Origin: Bacteroidales bacterium
GTDB lineage: Bacteria; Bacteroidota; Bacteroidia; Bacteroidales; Azobacteroidaceae
Length of the DNA stretch: 64,000 bases
NCBI GenBank assembly: GCA_031553775.1
Contig: JAVBLA010000024.1
Span: 381-64,380 of the forward strand
Direction: 5' to 3'
The notes below the pieces were generated by a model. It did no database searches. It was given only the letters and a program-made list of their open reading frames with translations, and had not been told where the DNA came from. Of the stretch, positions 45,237-55,322 are shown piece by piece. Made by a program: the position numbers and the translations under genes. The number at the start of each line of letters is the position of its first letter. Within the stretch, counting starts at the first letter, position 1.

Positions 45237-47669
45237 TTATTTAATTTGTTTCAGCACTTTAAATGATTGCATGCTTCCGTCTTCATAGATTACTTTTCTA
45301 ATCAATAATCCTGTGGCAGACGGAGAGGCTACGGCACCCGTTACGGTGTAAAATTGTTCGGATACGACTTTCAGGTCGGCAACATCTACAGAATTAATTG
45401 CCGTATTGGTATTGGGAATCCAACGGAAATTATCGACAGAAACCTGTCCTCCGCTGAGGTTTTTCACGATTACTTTAGACGCAGTCTTCAGATTGAAAGT
45501 AATATCTCCTGTATTGACCGGCCAGGGAGTTCCTGCCACGGTAATCGTTTCTATCAGGTTATCTTCTGTTCCTGCATCGTTTTTATAGATTCCCAGGGTT
45601 ACTGTTCCGGAGCATTGTAATACATCCAGGTTGATTGTTCCTACGGAAGGCAGGCTGACTGCCATGGCTCCGTTGCTGGCTGATTTTTCTAACAGAATAG
45701 AAGTCCCTTCAATTGCTTTTGTACTTGAATTTCTGGTTGTACCTGTAAATGAATAAGCTATATCAGCATTGGTGATCACAATCGGCTCTGTAGGTATGCT
45801 ACCTGTCGATGTAGGCAATGTGGTAAAACCGGTATTGAAATTTTCTATTTTATCATATGCTTTATATACGGGAGCCCAGTATACAGAAGATGTAAGAATA
45901 GAAGAAGCATCCGTAATCTTCAGTTGGTAATACAAGGTATCTCCTGATTTCAGGGCAGGAATAGTTGCCGATTCATACAAACCACCGGTAGTAGTTAAAG
46001 GAAGCACTCCTCCCGTCAGACCAGGATCTGTTCCCCATTTCACTTCTACAGCTTCAATATCCGTATCTGTGATCTTTCCTATGAATTTAATGGCATCTGT
46101 TTCACTCGGGAAACGCGGGCTGGTATACATATCCTCGATTACAGGAACTTTGTTGGCTTTATACGCAGTCAGGGTCATATTATCCAAGCCAATCTGTGTA
46201 GTTCCGGCACCATCAGCTTCGATCCTGACCACAATCGGTCCGTTATAATCGATATCCACTTTCTTTTGTGCAAAAACCGTATTGGTCGGTTTTACGATAC
46301 GGCTATCTACCAACTCGGTAAAGGTTCCGGTATTTCCTTTATCGACGCTGATCTTCAAGTCGAGAGAAGTATTGGTGCTACTGCTGTGTTTTTGCCAGAA
46401 AACCAGAGAACCGGCGCTGTTCATGACAGCAGTCTGCAATACCGGATTAGCAACGGACAAAGCCATGGAATTTCCTCCTCCATAAATCAGGTTGGCAGTA
46501 CTGAACAAGCCGGTTGAAACTGCAGCATCCCAATAATTGGATTCCAGTTCTCCACTATCGAAATCGTCATTGATCAGAAAATCAGTGGAAGACAGGCTTC
46601 CGATGGTAGTGAAATTACGAACAATCGCCGGGGATGTTTCAGTTCCTGCTTCAAAAGCACCTGCAGGAATGGTCAATGTATACGATTTATCTGAGAGCAG
46701 AGTCATAGGAATAGTAGCCACTGCACCATCAACCGTTACATTTTCAAGAGAAATATCGGTAATACTTGCTCCATCGGATAATATAATAGTTCCAGTTCCT
46801 TTAGTCACTGCTTTATTGAATGTTACTGTAGCCTCGGTTAATGCAGAATACAAAAATTCCGCGTTCTGTTCCGGTACAACCGACTCAATTTCCAAGGCTG
46901 TAGCAGCGTAAGAAGCCACTGCTTCCGTCCACTCGGTACAGACACGGGCTCCTCCTACATAAAAATTAGCAATGGATGATCCGTTATGTTTGAACATTAA
47001 TTTGCTAAGAGAAGTTCTTACTGTTCCTTTCGAGTCGTCATAAACTTCTGAAGCTGTTGGTTCTGTTGCCGAACCGATTACAGGATTAATGAACAAAGTT
47101 GCTTTCTGTGCGGTAAAATCATATTTCACCACAAGCAGGTATACTTCTCCAGTACTTATATCTGAACTTCCCCACTGAATTTCACCGCTGGTTGTACTTA
47201 CCCTTGTTACTCCCAGGCGGAATGGATTTTTCGAACCACTTGCCGATTTACCGGCCCACGGTTTTACCGCTGAGTTAGAGGTCTGATCAGCCAGGCCTAT
47301 CACTTCCGAAGCAGTTTGTCCCTGGTCGCCATCTCCTTTATACAAGAATGAAAGATAGACAACTCCCGAAGTAACCGCTGTAAAACTCCTGTATGAAATA
47401 TAGTTGCTTCCGGATGCATAATTATTGCGAACAGATTTTCCAAGTCCCGAGAGGATGTAAGTACCTCCAATATTAGAGTAAGTAAGTGGATTCGTTAATA
47501 TCCGGCCATCTCCGGTAGTGAGAGTACCTGTGGTAGTCCACGATGAGACCGATGCATCTGTCAGAGTAGCCGCAGTATAATCGAATGTTTCATCCAGGAT
47601 AACCGTAGCTTGTAGAGAAAATGCCACTGCCAGAGGCAGCATCAATGCGATTAAACGTTTCATATTCAT
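45237..47669 (-). CDS. secreted protein of unknown function with T9SS-CTD-like tail; paralog of 47677..49194
   Basis: Signal peptide. N-terminal domain of about 250 aa (ILDETFDY ... LFINPVIG ... GGARVCTEWTEAV) shared with the 505-aa protein, one Ig-like unit, and the tail FYTVTGAVASPSATGLLIRKVIYEDGSMQSFKVLK. Confidence 0.7.
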   Translation of the reverse strand: MNMKRLIALMLPLAVAFSLQATVILDETFDYTAATLTDASVSSWTTTGTLTTGDGRILTNPLTYSNIGGTYILSGLGKSVRNNYASGSNYISYRSFTAVTSGVVYLSFLYKGDGDQGQTASEVIGLADQTSNSAVKPWAGKSASGSKNPFRLGVTRVSTTSGEIQWGSSDISTGEVYLLVVKYDFTAQKATLFINPVIGSATEPTASEVYDDSKGTVRTSLSKLMFKHNGSSIANFYVGGARVCTEWTEAVASYAATALEIESVVPEQNAEFLYSALTEATVTFNKAVTKGTGTIILSDGASITDISLENVTVDGAVATIPMTLLSDKSYTLTIPAGAFEAGTETSPAIVRNFTTIGSLSSTDFLINDDFDSGELESNYWDAAVSTGLFSTANLIYGGGNSMALSVANPVLQTAVMNSAGSLVFWQKHSSSTNTSLDLKISVDKGNTGTFTELVDSRIVKPTNTVFAQKKVDIDYNGPIVVRIEADGAGTTQIGLDNMTLTAYKANKVPVIEDMYTSPRFPSETDAIKFIGKITDTDIEAVEVKWGTDPGLTGGVLPLTTTGGLYESATIPALKSGDTLYYQLKITDASSILTSSVYWAPVYKAYDKIENFNTGFTTLPTSTGSIPTEPIVITNADIAYSFTGTTRNSSTKAIEGTSILLEKSASNGAMAVSLPSVGTINLDVLQCSGTVTLGIYKNDAGTEDNLIETITVAGTPWPVNTGDITFNLKTASKVIVKNLSGGQVSVDNFRWIPNTNTAINSVDVADLKVVSEQFYTVTGAVASPSATGLLIRKVIYEDGSMQSFKVLKQIK

Positions 47670-47676
47670 TTGTGTT

Positions 47677-49194
47677 TTATTGGTGGTTGATAAATACTTT
47701 GGAAGTTTTCAGGCTACCGTCTTCATATAAGTCTTTTTTGATGTAGAGTCCTTTTTGCGGTTCACGGACTTCCATTCCTGTAATCGTATAATATCTGGAA
47801 GATACCACTTCACCTTTATTTACGATAACCCAATTGATCGGAGAATTATCTTTTACATAATCCGTCATCCATACTTCGTAAAAATAAAGAGTAGAACTGG
47901 TATTGTTAATCAGTCGCACAGTAACGGGAGTAGCCGAATTGACATCATAAGAAAAACTGGCACAAGCCGAGGCTGAAGAAGTTTCAGATAAAGTTTCAGA
48001 TGGTGTGGTAAAGGTGGCCAGGTCATCCCAGTTGGCTCCATTTTTCTTCTGTAACTTGAATGTTTTACTTACGCTTCCGGTATTGGCATTTACCGTTACT
48101 TTTCCACAACTCGTTACCTGAGGAAATTCAAGTACTCCGGCAGCTGTTTTACTATCCGTTTTTTGAAGGATAATTCTACCCACTGAAGAAGCTCCGGCTA
48201 TTTCCTTTGTAGTTTCGACAGAACAATTTTCCAGCAACATATTTCCGGTACCTGTACCTACAGGGACAGAAACCGTATAATTTCCCAAAGCCTGGTCTGT
48301 CCATGGTGTTGCATTGAATTGTTCATGTATGATTTCTTTGGAAGTATAATTTCCTCCATCGTCAGAACCTTGTCCTTCCACCACGCTTTCCCAGGTAGAG
48401 CCCAAGCGGATACCTCCGATCAGGGCACTGATTCCTCTTTGGCGAAGGTTGATAGCAACACCGGCGCTTGCACCATAATCAGCAACAGTAGTATTATCGG
48501 CTGCCGTTAATTTCACGGAAGAAGCTTGTTCCGCTTCCGTTTTTAGAGGATCTGGATTGAGGAATAATTCAATAATATCATTTCCGGTCGCACCACCAGG
48601 ATCACTTTCATTGTATGTATAAACCAATACCATCAGGTTTGTCTTTCCACAATCGACTTCAGGAAAACTCGTTGGAGTTGAAGCATTTTTACTAATACCG
48701 AATGTAACTTTTCCTGCAGTACTGACTTTAGCAAAAACACGTCCTCTCGTACTTGAGCTGGTCAGAGAAGCTTCAAAGTCAAAAAAATCCCGGTCAGCAC
48801 TGGTTTTGGAGTCTGCGCCCACATTGACTAAGAAAGCTACATATACCTTTTTCATTTCGCTGTATTTTGCAGTATCTCCTGCTGCATCGATCACGAACCT
48901 TGTAGTAATCCGTTGATCGGCAGACGTTGCTCCGATAGCCGGATCTAATTTAGCCACAGCAGTTTCGCTTTTTCCTTTATATCCGGAATAGTTCAGACTA
49001 CCAGCAACTATCTGAGGCGACGCACCTCCATTTTCACCGCTTTTCTTACAAACATACCAGGCTCCTTTTCCAGAAACGCCTCCTTGTCCTTCCAGCGCTC
49101 CGCTGGGATAATCAAAATTTTCCTCAAACAACAATTGTGCATGGACTGCCAAAACAGAAATACACATAAACATTAAAAGTACAATCTTCTTCAT
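47677..49194 (-). CDS. secreted protein of unknown function with T9SS-CTD-like tail; paralog of 45237..47669
   Basis: Signal peptide. LFEENFDY ... LFLNPDP ... GGIRLGSTWESVV, then a GVLEFPQV...KKNGANWDDLATFTT module shared with the 895-aa protein. Tail YYTITGMEVREPQKGLYIKKDLYEDGSLKTSKVF. Confidence 0.7.
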   Translation of the reverse strand: MKKIVLLMFMCISVLAVHAQLLFEENFDYPSGALEGQGGVSGKGAWYVCKKSGENGGASPQIVAGSLNYSGYKGKSETAVAKLDPAIGATSADQRITTRFVIDAAGDTAKYSEMKKVYVAFLVNVGADSKTSADRDFFDFEASLTSSSTRGRVFAKVSTAGKVTFGISKNASTPTSFPEVDCGKTNLMVLVYTYNESDPGGATGNDIIELFLNPDPLKTEAEQASSVKLTAADNTTVADYGASAGVAINLRQRGISALIGGIRLGSTWESVVEGQGSDDGGNYTSKEIIHEQFNATPWTDQALGNYTVSVPVGTGTGNMLLENCSVETTKEIAGASSVGRIILQKTDSKTAAGVLEFPQVTSCGKVTVNANTGSVSKTFKLQKKNGANWDDLATFTTPSETLSETSSASACASFSYDVNSATPVTVRLINNTSSTLYFYEVWMTDYVKDNSPINWVIVNKGEVVSSRYYTITGMEVREPQKGLYIKKDLYEDGSLKTSKVFINHQ

Positions 49195-49245
49195 AACTTA
49201 AAAAAATTAAATGTTGATTCTTTATTCAGTTTTCTATTTTACACA

Positions 49246-50130
49246 TCATCCAATCACCTTTATTTTTTTCAAAAAGGTAATCATCGCCTCACTGATTTTT
49301 TTATTTTCTTCTTTTGAAAATTTCCCATGTTCACCACCCGGGACAGTCATAAACTCGCAGTACACTCCATTTTCTTTCAGCTTTTTCTCCAGACGGACAG
49401 ATTGATCGTACGGAACGATCGGATCGGCATCACCATGCACAATAAATGTGGGAGGTGTATTTTTGTTAACATAATATATAGGAGAGATGGAACGGATAAA
49501 TTCCACATCATTGATCCGGTCGGCCACCCAACGGACAGCCGATTTATAGGGTTTGGGCCCCACAGAAAAATCGACCATATCGGAAATGCCGTACTTATCC
49601 AATACAGCCGCCGCTTTGATGGTTTTTACTCCCTGCCTGTCGATATCGTACAGCGGGTTGTTGGCCAGATAGCCACCCATCAAAGCCAGATGTCCTCCGG
49701 CCGATCCTCCCATTAATACGATTTTATCGGGATCGATATTCAATTCTTTCGCATGTTTGACCAGATAGATCATCAGAGAACGCACATCCTGGATAGCTGC
49801 CGGAGCCGGAGCCTCATCTACCAGGCGATAAGAGATATTGGCAACTGCCATGTTGTTCTTAAAAAAAGACGAAAAACCCCGTTGACTTTCTTTGTTTCCA
49901 TGGTTCCAGCCGCCTCCGTAAATATTGATAAGCACCGGAGCCGGTTTGCCGGTATTGGGGGGAAGGTACAGATCGACTTTCCCTTCCCACCCATTCACCA
50001 CCTCATAAACCACATCTAACTGATATGTAAAACCTTTCGGGATAACCACCCCATAAGCAGTAGAATCGCTTTGGGCATACAAGCCGCTAATACGGCACAT
50101 TACCAGTATGATCAATAATAATTTCTTCAT
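49246..50130 (-). CDS. alpha/beta-hydrolase esterase (carbohydrate esterase candidate)
   Basis: Signal peptide. Oxyanion GGGWNHG, nucleophile elbow MGGSAGGH (GxSxG), and HGDADPIVP supplying the acid/His region. Confidence 0.8.
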   Translation of the reverse strand: MKKLLLIILVMCRISGLYAQSDSTAYGVVIPKGFTYQLDVVYEVVNGWEGKVDLYLPPNTGKPAPVLINIYGGGWNHGNKESQRGFSSFFKNNMAVANISYRLVDEAPAPAAIQDVRSLMIYLVKHAKELNIDPDKIVLMGGSAGGHLALMGGYLANNPLYDIDRQGVKTIKAAAVLDKYGISDMVDFSVGPKPYKSAVRWVADRINDVEFIRSISPIYYVNKNTPPTFIVHGDADPIVPYDQSVRLEKKLKENGVYCEFMTVPGGEHGKFSKEENKKISEAMITFLKKIKVIG

Positions 50131-50132
50131 TT

Positions 50133-53054
50133 TTACTTCAGGATAAATTTAGTTGTAGCTTTGTATGTATCTGTGTTCAATTCGAAAATATAGATTCCTC
50201 CGGGAAGATCCACAGGAATTATTACGCTGTTCATTCCTTCGGACGATTTGATTGCAATACTTTTCATTAGTCTGCCATTCACATCGTATAAGTTAATCGT
50301 TCCTTCTGCAATTGTTTGTGCCGAAAATTCGGCTTTTACGATGCCCGGAGCATATCCGTAAACCTGCACAACAGGTCTGTATCCCGCATTTTCAGGAAGA
50401 TGACTATTCACAATCAACTCAAAATCAATGGCATCCGGGCCTACATGTTCTGTTCCCAGCACACCGGCTGTAATAGATGTATTATTATAAGCATCGGCTC
50501 CAATGGTTTTAACCGATCCTCTCGGCTGACCTTCGAAATCCAGTGTGACATAATCAAAATTGCCTGTTGCTGCATTTATCGCCGGACTTCCCGCCGTTAG
50601 CTTATAAACAGCATAAGGAAGTTTATGTGAACAATCATCACCTGCCGTCCGGCAATCGGATCTTACCAATTGCGGATCTACCTGTTTTACCTGGCTTTCC
50701 GTAACAGTGATACCAATGGAGGAAGCTCCTGTAGGATACATGATATTATTAGAAAAAGAAACTCCGGCCAAAGCATTGGTACTGTAAGCCTTCACTATGG
50801 GAGCCGTATCATCGATAAAAATATTATTGGCGATCTGGCAGTTTACCGGATACTTCTTATAATTCTCATTATTGGTAAATCCTATCTCAATGTTCGATTT
50901 GTTATTCACATAAGTATTGAATGCAAAAATCACATTTTCAGGAATATAATGAGAGCTGTAACTGGTCGATGTATTGGCATTGTCGCCATTGGTAATGGTA
51001 CAGGCTGCATCCCATTTTTCACCGGTTAATCCTTCAAAATAATTATTGAAGATTTTATGATCTTTTGCGTATACCCGGATACCACCGCAACCATTACCAT
51101 CCACGGTTTTACCCTCTCCGAAAAAATAATTGCCTTCTACCGTGTTACGGAATCCCTGGCGAAGACTCAGGGTACCCAGGCATCTGCGGAATGTATTATA
51201 GCGGATGATATTGTCGCAAGACTTGACCGAAACGATTTCCGGATCCCCGTCGCAATCTTCAAACAGGTTATATTCTACTGTGCAATAGGCGCTGCAAGGC
51301 GTCAGATCGCTGACTCCAAGACGAATGGTTTCTTTTTCATTGTCTACGCGAGGTGTATTGTTCCGGAAATAATTGTGATCGATCCGGTCGTATTTCGAGA
51401 TATCGCCGGGATCCGTTCCGTGAGCACCATCCAATACCACCCAGGCGCCACCGTCTACTTTTGTATCGAAATAATTATGGTCGATCCGGTTATGGTGACT
51501 GATACAAACCTTATTGTTCCAGACATCGCCTATTAAAATCCATTTGGAAGTTTGCCCCTCGGTAAGCTTATTCATCCGGAGCACATTTTTTGTAATGCGG
51601 ATATTGTTACATCCTTCTAATTTAAAAAGACTCTCCACCGGATCCGATTCAATGGTCAATCCTTCGAAAGTAAGATATTCCAAACCATTTTTCAATGTAA
51701 AAGCCACTTTTCCTTTCAATACGGCTTTGCCCTGGTTTTTTGCCTTAATATAGATCGGACGATCCGGACAACCGCTCCGGGCGACCGACAGAGCAGTACA
51801 AGTATATTCTCCATCGGCCAACTCGATGATATCTCCCGGGTTCATTACGCCCAAGGCAGATTTCAGTTCTGTAAAATTCTTCACGGAACGGGTCTGGGCC
51901 GGCGTTGTATTTTCTGTGATACCTACTCCAATCTGCATATTGGAAGTGATCGTAAAGGTTTTCGTGACTTCAGTTCCGGACAAATCGCCTGTCCATCCGT
52001 TGAATTGCTCACAGTTCGAATAACTAACATTCGCTGTAATATTTGTATGGCTGTAATAATAAGAGTCTGCCGATTCCGGAGTAATCGTAATACTTCCTTT
52101 GACCGGCTGAACAACTGTCAATAAATATTTGGCGGGAGGATCAGATTCGTCGATGATTACATTTGCACCGATCGTCATATTCCTATCTACAGTAAATATC
52201 TTTATTAATTCCGTACCATCCAGGTCGCCGGTCCAACCGGCATTTTTATATCCCTGGGGAACCGACAATGTGGCTGTTACCTGCGTACCGTTTTCATATT
52301 CCGGTTGATCGGGGTTCAATGTAATCTTACCAATTTCCGGTTGGGCTAATGTAATTACCCTGGCGTTTGCCGTTCCTCCGAAAGAGATATCAGATATGGG
52401 GTTGGTACCTACATACATATCGTCGATCGCAATATCACAATCTGTTGTAGATGCTGCATGAGCAAAACGCAGGGAATGGAAATCCATCGGAGTCGCCCGG
52501 ACTTCCCTGAAACTCAATTCATTGTCGTAAGCCGATCCATTCAAAGCGAAACGATATTTCTGTGTGGAATTGCTGAGTTTGAAAGAAATGCGGAACCATG
52601 TATTCAGGGTATAAGTGGGTTTGATGGTGGAAGACCCTGAACTTCCGTCGAATATCTTAATTTTATTATCGGTACCAAATTCCACTAAAAAATGCCGGCT
52701 ATTGGAAGACGCCAGATCAAATCCCGTAATAGAAAAAGTTGCTCCGATCGACTTGATTTTCAACCAAAGATCCACATATACATCATCGGAAATACCAGCG
52801 GCGTTTTTGGCATAAGGTTCGAAATCCACCTGGGTTTGTACTTTGTTCAGCAACTGTAATCCCTTGGTTCCCGTATGTGCGTAATCGGAATTGCTTACCA
52901 CAACACCCGTACCGTTAGTAATGGTCCAGTTTTGTTGCCCTTTAATACTCCCCGGCGTATAATCTTCAAAAGAAGAATTGATCGCAATGGTTTGCCCGTA
53001 GCTCAGAAAAGGAGCCAACAGTAGCAAAGAGATGATATGTAAAAACTGTTTCAT
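50133..53054 (-). CDS. multi-domain PL6-like lyase with N-terminal jelly-roll-like domain, two InlB-B/Listeria-Bacteroides-type repeats and type A T9SS C-terminal domain
   Basis: ATG at 53054 (MKQFLHIISLLLLAPFLSYGQ). Repeats ...GWTGDLDGTE / ...GWTGDLSGTE. PL6 core PEIVSVKSCDNIIRYNTFRRCLGTLSLRQGFRNTVEGNYFFG. C-terminus INLYDVNGRLMKSI...GGIYIFELNT...KFILK. Confidence 0.78.
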   Translation of the reverse strand: MKQFLHIISLLLLAPFLSYGQTIAINSSFEDYTPGSIKGQQNWTITNGTGVVVSNSDYAHTGTKGLQLLNKVQTQVDFEPYAKNAAGISDDVYVDLWLKIKSIGATFSITGFDLASSNSRHFLVEFGTDNKIKIFDGSSGSSTIKPTYTLNTWFRISFKLSNSTQKYRFALNGSAYDNELSFREVRATPMDFHSLRFAHAASTTDCDIAIDDMYVGTNPISDISFGGTANARVITLAQPEIGKITLNPDQPEYENGTQVTATLSVPQGYKNAGWTGDLDGTELIKIFTVDRNMTIGANVIIDESDPPAKYLLTVVQPVKGSITITPESADSYYYSHTNITANVSYSNCEQFNGWTGDLSGTEVTKTFTITSNMQIGVGITENTTPAQTRSVKNFTELKSALGVMNPGDIIELADGEYTCTALSVARSGCPDRPIYIKAKNQGKAVLKGKVAFTLKNGLEYLTFEGLTIESDPVESLFKLEGCNNIRITKNVLRMNKLTEGQTSKWILIGDVWNNKVCISHHNRIDHNYFDTKVDGGAWVVLDGAHGTDPGDISKYDRIDHNYFRNNTPRVDNEKETIRLGVSDLTPCSAYCTVEYNLFEDCDGDPEIVSVKSCDNIIRYNTFRRCLGTLSLRQGFRNTVEGNYFFGEGKTVDGNGCGGIRVYAKDHKIFNNYFEGLTGEKWDAACTITNGDNANTSTSYSSHYIPENVIFAFNTYVNNKSNIEIGFTNNENYKKYPVNCQIANNIFIDDTAPIVKAYSTNALAGVSFSNNIMYPTGASSIGITVTESQVKQVDPQLVRSDCRTAGDDCSHKLPYAVYKLTAGSPAINAATGNFDYVTLDFEGQPRGSVKTIGADAYNNTSITAGVLGTEHVGPDAIDFELIVNSHLPENAGYRPVVQVYGYAPGIVKAEFSAQTIAEGTINLYDVNGRLMKSIAIKSSEGMNSVIIPVDLPGGIYIFELNTDTYKATTKFILK

Positions 53055-53092
53055 GGACTGAGATTTAATGAACAGAAATAGAGTGTAAATCA

Positions 53093-53126
53093 CTTGTTGT
53101 TGCGGAACCAGATCCGCAACAACAAG
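53093..53126 (-). terminator. 14-bp hairpin between SDR gene and PL6 gene (internal terminator/attenuator candidate)
   Basis: CTTGTTGTTGCGGA-ACCAGA-TCCGCAACAACAAG, 17 nt after the SDR stop. Followed on the minus strand by TGATTT. Confidence 0.5.
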
Positions 53127-53143
53127 CAAGCATCTTTTTATAT

Positions 53144-53896
53144 TTAAGAGAAATAAGTTCCACCGTTGATATCGATATTCGTTCCGGTGATGAATGAAGA
53201 TTCTTCAGAAGCCAAATAGGTTACCAGGTCGGCGATTTCGTAAGCGACACCTTCCCTGCGCAAGGGAGTTCCGGCTGCTACGTTTTTCCGTCCTTCAGGA
53301 GTACTGAACCTGTCATGGAAAGAAGTGGCGATCATGCCCGGAGCCAGTGCATTGACACGGATTCCATCGGGGCCTAATTCTTTGGCCATAGAACGGGTGA
53401 AAGTCATTACAGCACCTTTAGCTGTTGCATACATGGATGCGCCCGGACCTCCTCCGTCGCGAGCCGCCTGGGAGGAAAAGTTAACGATAGACGACCCTTT
53501 TCCCATCATGGGAACAGCTTCACGGGTACAGAGGAAACAACTTTTCATATTGACATCCATCAGGAAATTGTACCAATTCAGATCTTGTTCTCCGATTTTC
53601 TTACGGCCGACCAGTCCACCGACTACATTGACCAAGACATCCAGTTTTTCTCCATAAGCTTTTTTGCATTCGGCAAAGAGTTTTTTCACATCGGGTTCCT
53701 GGGTCATGTCGCCCTGGACAACGACACATTGTCCTCCGGCTTCTACAATCAGTTTCTTTGTTTCTTCCGCATCTTGTTCGTTATCAAAATAATTGATAAC
53801 CACTTTGGCGCCTTCTTTCGCCAGTTTGAGGGAAATTTCCCTGCCTAAGTCCCTTGCACCGCCTGTAACAACGGCTACTTTTCCTTTTAACTTCAT
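53144..53896 (-). CDS. short-chain dehydrogenase/reductase (candidate DEH / 4-deoxy-L-erythro-5-hexoseulose uronate reductase)
   Basis: VTGGARDLG cofactor motif and YATAKGAV (YxxxK) catalytic motif. The substrate assignment is inferred only from the alginate-PUL context. Confidence 0.82.
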   Translation of the reverse strand: MKLKGKVAVVTGGARDLGREISLKLAKEGAKVVINYFDNEQDAEETKKLIVEAGGQCVVVQGDMTQEPDVKKLFAECKKAYGEKLDVLVNVVGGLVGRKKIGEQDLNWYNFLMDVNMKSCFLCTREAVPMMGKGSSIVNFSSQAARDGGGPGASMYATAKGAVMTFTRSMAKELGPDGIRVNALAPGMIATSFHDRFSTPEGRKNVAAGTPLRREGVAYEIADLVTYLASEESSFITGTNIDINGGTYFS

Positions 53897-54008
53897 GTCT
53901 TTAATTTTGTTGTAAATGATGTTTTAGTTGAGTTATTTTTTCGTAAACGAATGCACCGGTAGAGAAAAATATTTCTAAATACCGGATCATCCGTTTTTAA
54001 TTTGTTTT

Positions 54009-55316
54009 TTATTTTTTGTTTTGCTGATTTTCAATTTTTCCTCCAAAAAAGAATACCGATCCGATGGATAACGGGACCAAAAAGGCTCCCAGGATGAAGA
54101 ACGGCAACCAATTGCCTCCTGCCGTCAGGCTGGGAATAAATACCATGGAAAGGATCACTCCGAGCGTAGCGGCTGCACCACCCAAACCTGCCAGAGAGCC
54201 CACTGTTTTCCCGGAGAAGAAATCGGCCGGTAAAGTCTGGATATTTCCCATGGCAAACTGAAATCCTGCCAGGATGAAGGCCATCAGTGCAATGGCAACG
54301 GCAACATCAGAAGCGAATGCCGTAGCAATCAATGCCGGTAACATGATACAGGCTCCGATAACCATTGCTGCTTTCCGGGCATAATTCAATGTTTTTCCTT
54401 TTTTAATCAGGTAACCGGAGAACCATCCTCCGATCAGGCTGCCGGCCATGGCTCCGATATACGGAATACCGGCGTACATCCCGATACTCTTGATATCGAA
54501 TCCGTGAACATCGAACAGGTAGATCGGCAGCCAGGCAACGAACATCCACCAAACCGGATCCAGAAAAAAACGACCGGCGATGACCGACCAACTTTTCTTG
54601 TTTTTAACCAGTTCTCCCCACGACAAAGCTTTATCGTTTGTCATGGTTGCTTCCGGCTGTCCGCTCAGGATATACTCCCGTTCCTGTTCCGTAATCCAAT
54701 CGTGATATTTCGGGCCTTTTTTATTGATGATCAACCAGGGAATCAGCCACAACAGGCCTAATCCTCCGATGATCACAAAAGTCATTTTCCATCCGAAGTT
54801 CGTATAAAGCAAGGCGATTAAAATCGGCGAAATAATGGCACCAACAGATGCTCCCGCATTGAAAAGTCCTTGTGCAAAGGCCCTTTCTTTAGTAGGGAAC
54901 CATTCGGCATTGCTTTTGGCTGCACCCGGCCAGGGACCCGCTTCTCCCAATCCCAGCATGGAACGGAAAAAACACAGAGAACCGATTCCACGGGCAAAAG
55001 CAGTACAGGCATCGGCAATGGCCCATATTGTTACGGAAACTACGAAACCGATCCGGGTTCCGATCTTATCGTACAGTTTTCCGGAAAGCATTTGGCTGAT
55101 CCCATAGGCCACCATGAAAAACATGTAGATGTAAGAATACATCTCTTTGGATTTCTGGGAGTATTCTTCGGGAGAAAGAGAGTCTATATCTATCAGTCCC
55201 AGGTCTTTTACAATACCCTGCCACATGATGGACAAAGTATTCCGGTCCAGGTAGTTAATAATCGTGACTAATACGATCATTCCGATTACCCACCAGCGTA
55301 GTCCTTTTACTTTCAT
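54009..55316 (-). CDS. MFS transporter, hexuronate (ExuT-like) type
   Basis: 12 predicted helices. N-terminus LRWWVIGMIVLVTIINYLDRNTLSI is typical of ACS/hexuronate MFS carriers. Confidence 0.83.
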   Translation of the reverse strand: MKVKGLRWWVIGMIVLVTIINYLDRNTLSIMWQGIVKDLGLIDIDSLSPEEYSQKSKEMYSYIYMFFMVAYGISQMLSGKLYDKIGTRIGFVVSVTIWAIADACTAFARGIGSLCFFRSMLGLGEAGPWPGAAKSNAEWFPTKERAFAQGLFNAGASVGAIISPILIALLYTNFGWKMTFVIIGGLGLLWLIPWLIINKKGPKYHDWITEQEREYILSGQPEATMTNDKALSWGELVKNKKSWSVIAGRFFLDPVWWMFVAWLPIYLFDVHGFDIKSIGMYAGIPYIGAMAGSLIGGWFSGYLIKKGKTLNYARKAAMVIGACIMLPALIATAFASDVAVAIALMAFILAGFQFAMGNIQTLPADFFSGKTVGSLAGLGGAAATLGVILSMVFIPSLTAGGNWLPFFILGAFLVPLSIGSVFFFGGKIENQQNKK

Positions 55317-55322
55317 TTTTTT

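Noticed and set aside
53951-53990. Terminator between the MFS and SDR genes
   Set aside because: There are only short interrupted stems (CCGGTA...TACCGG with an internal loop) and no U-tract, which is too weak to call.
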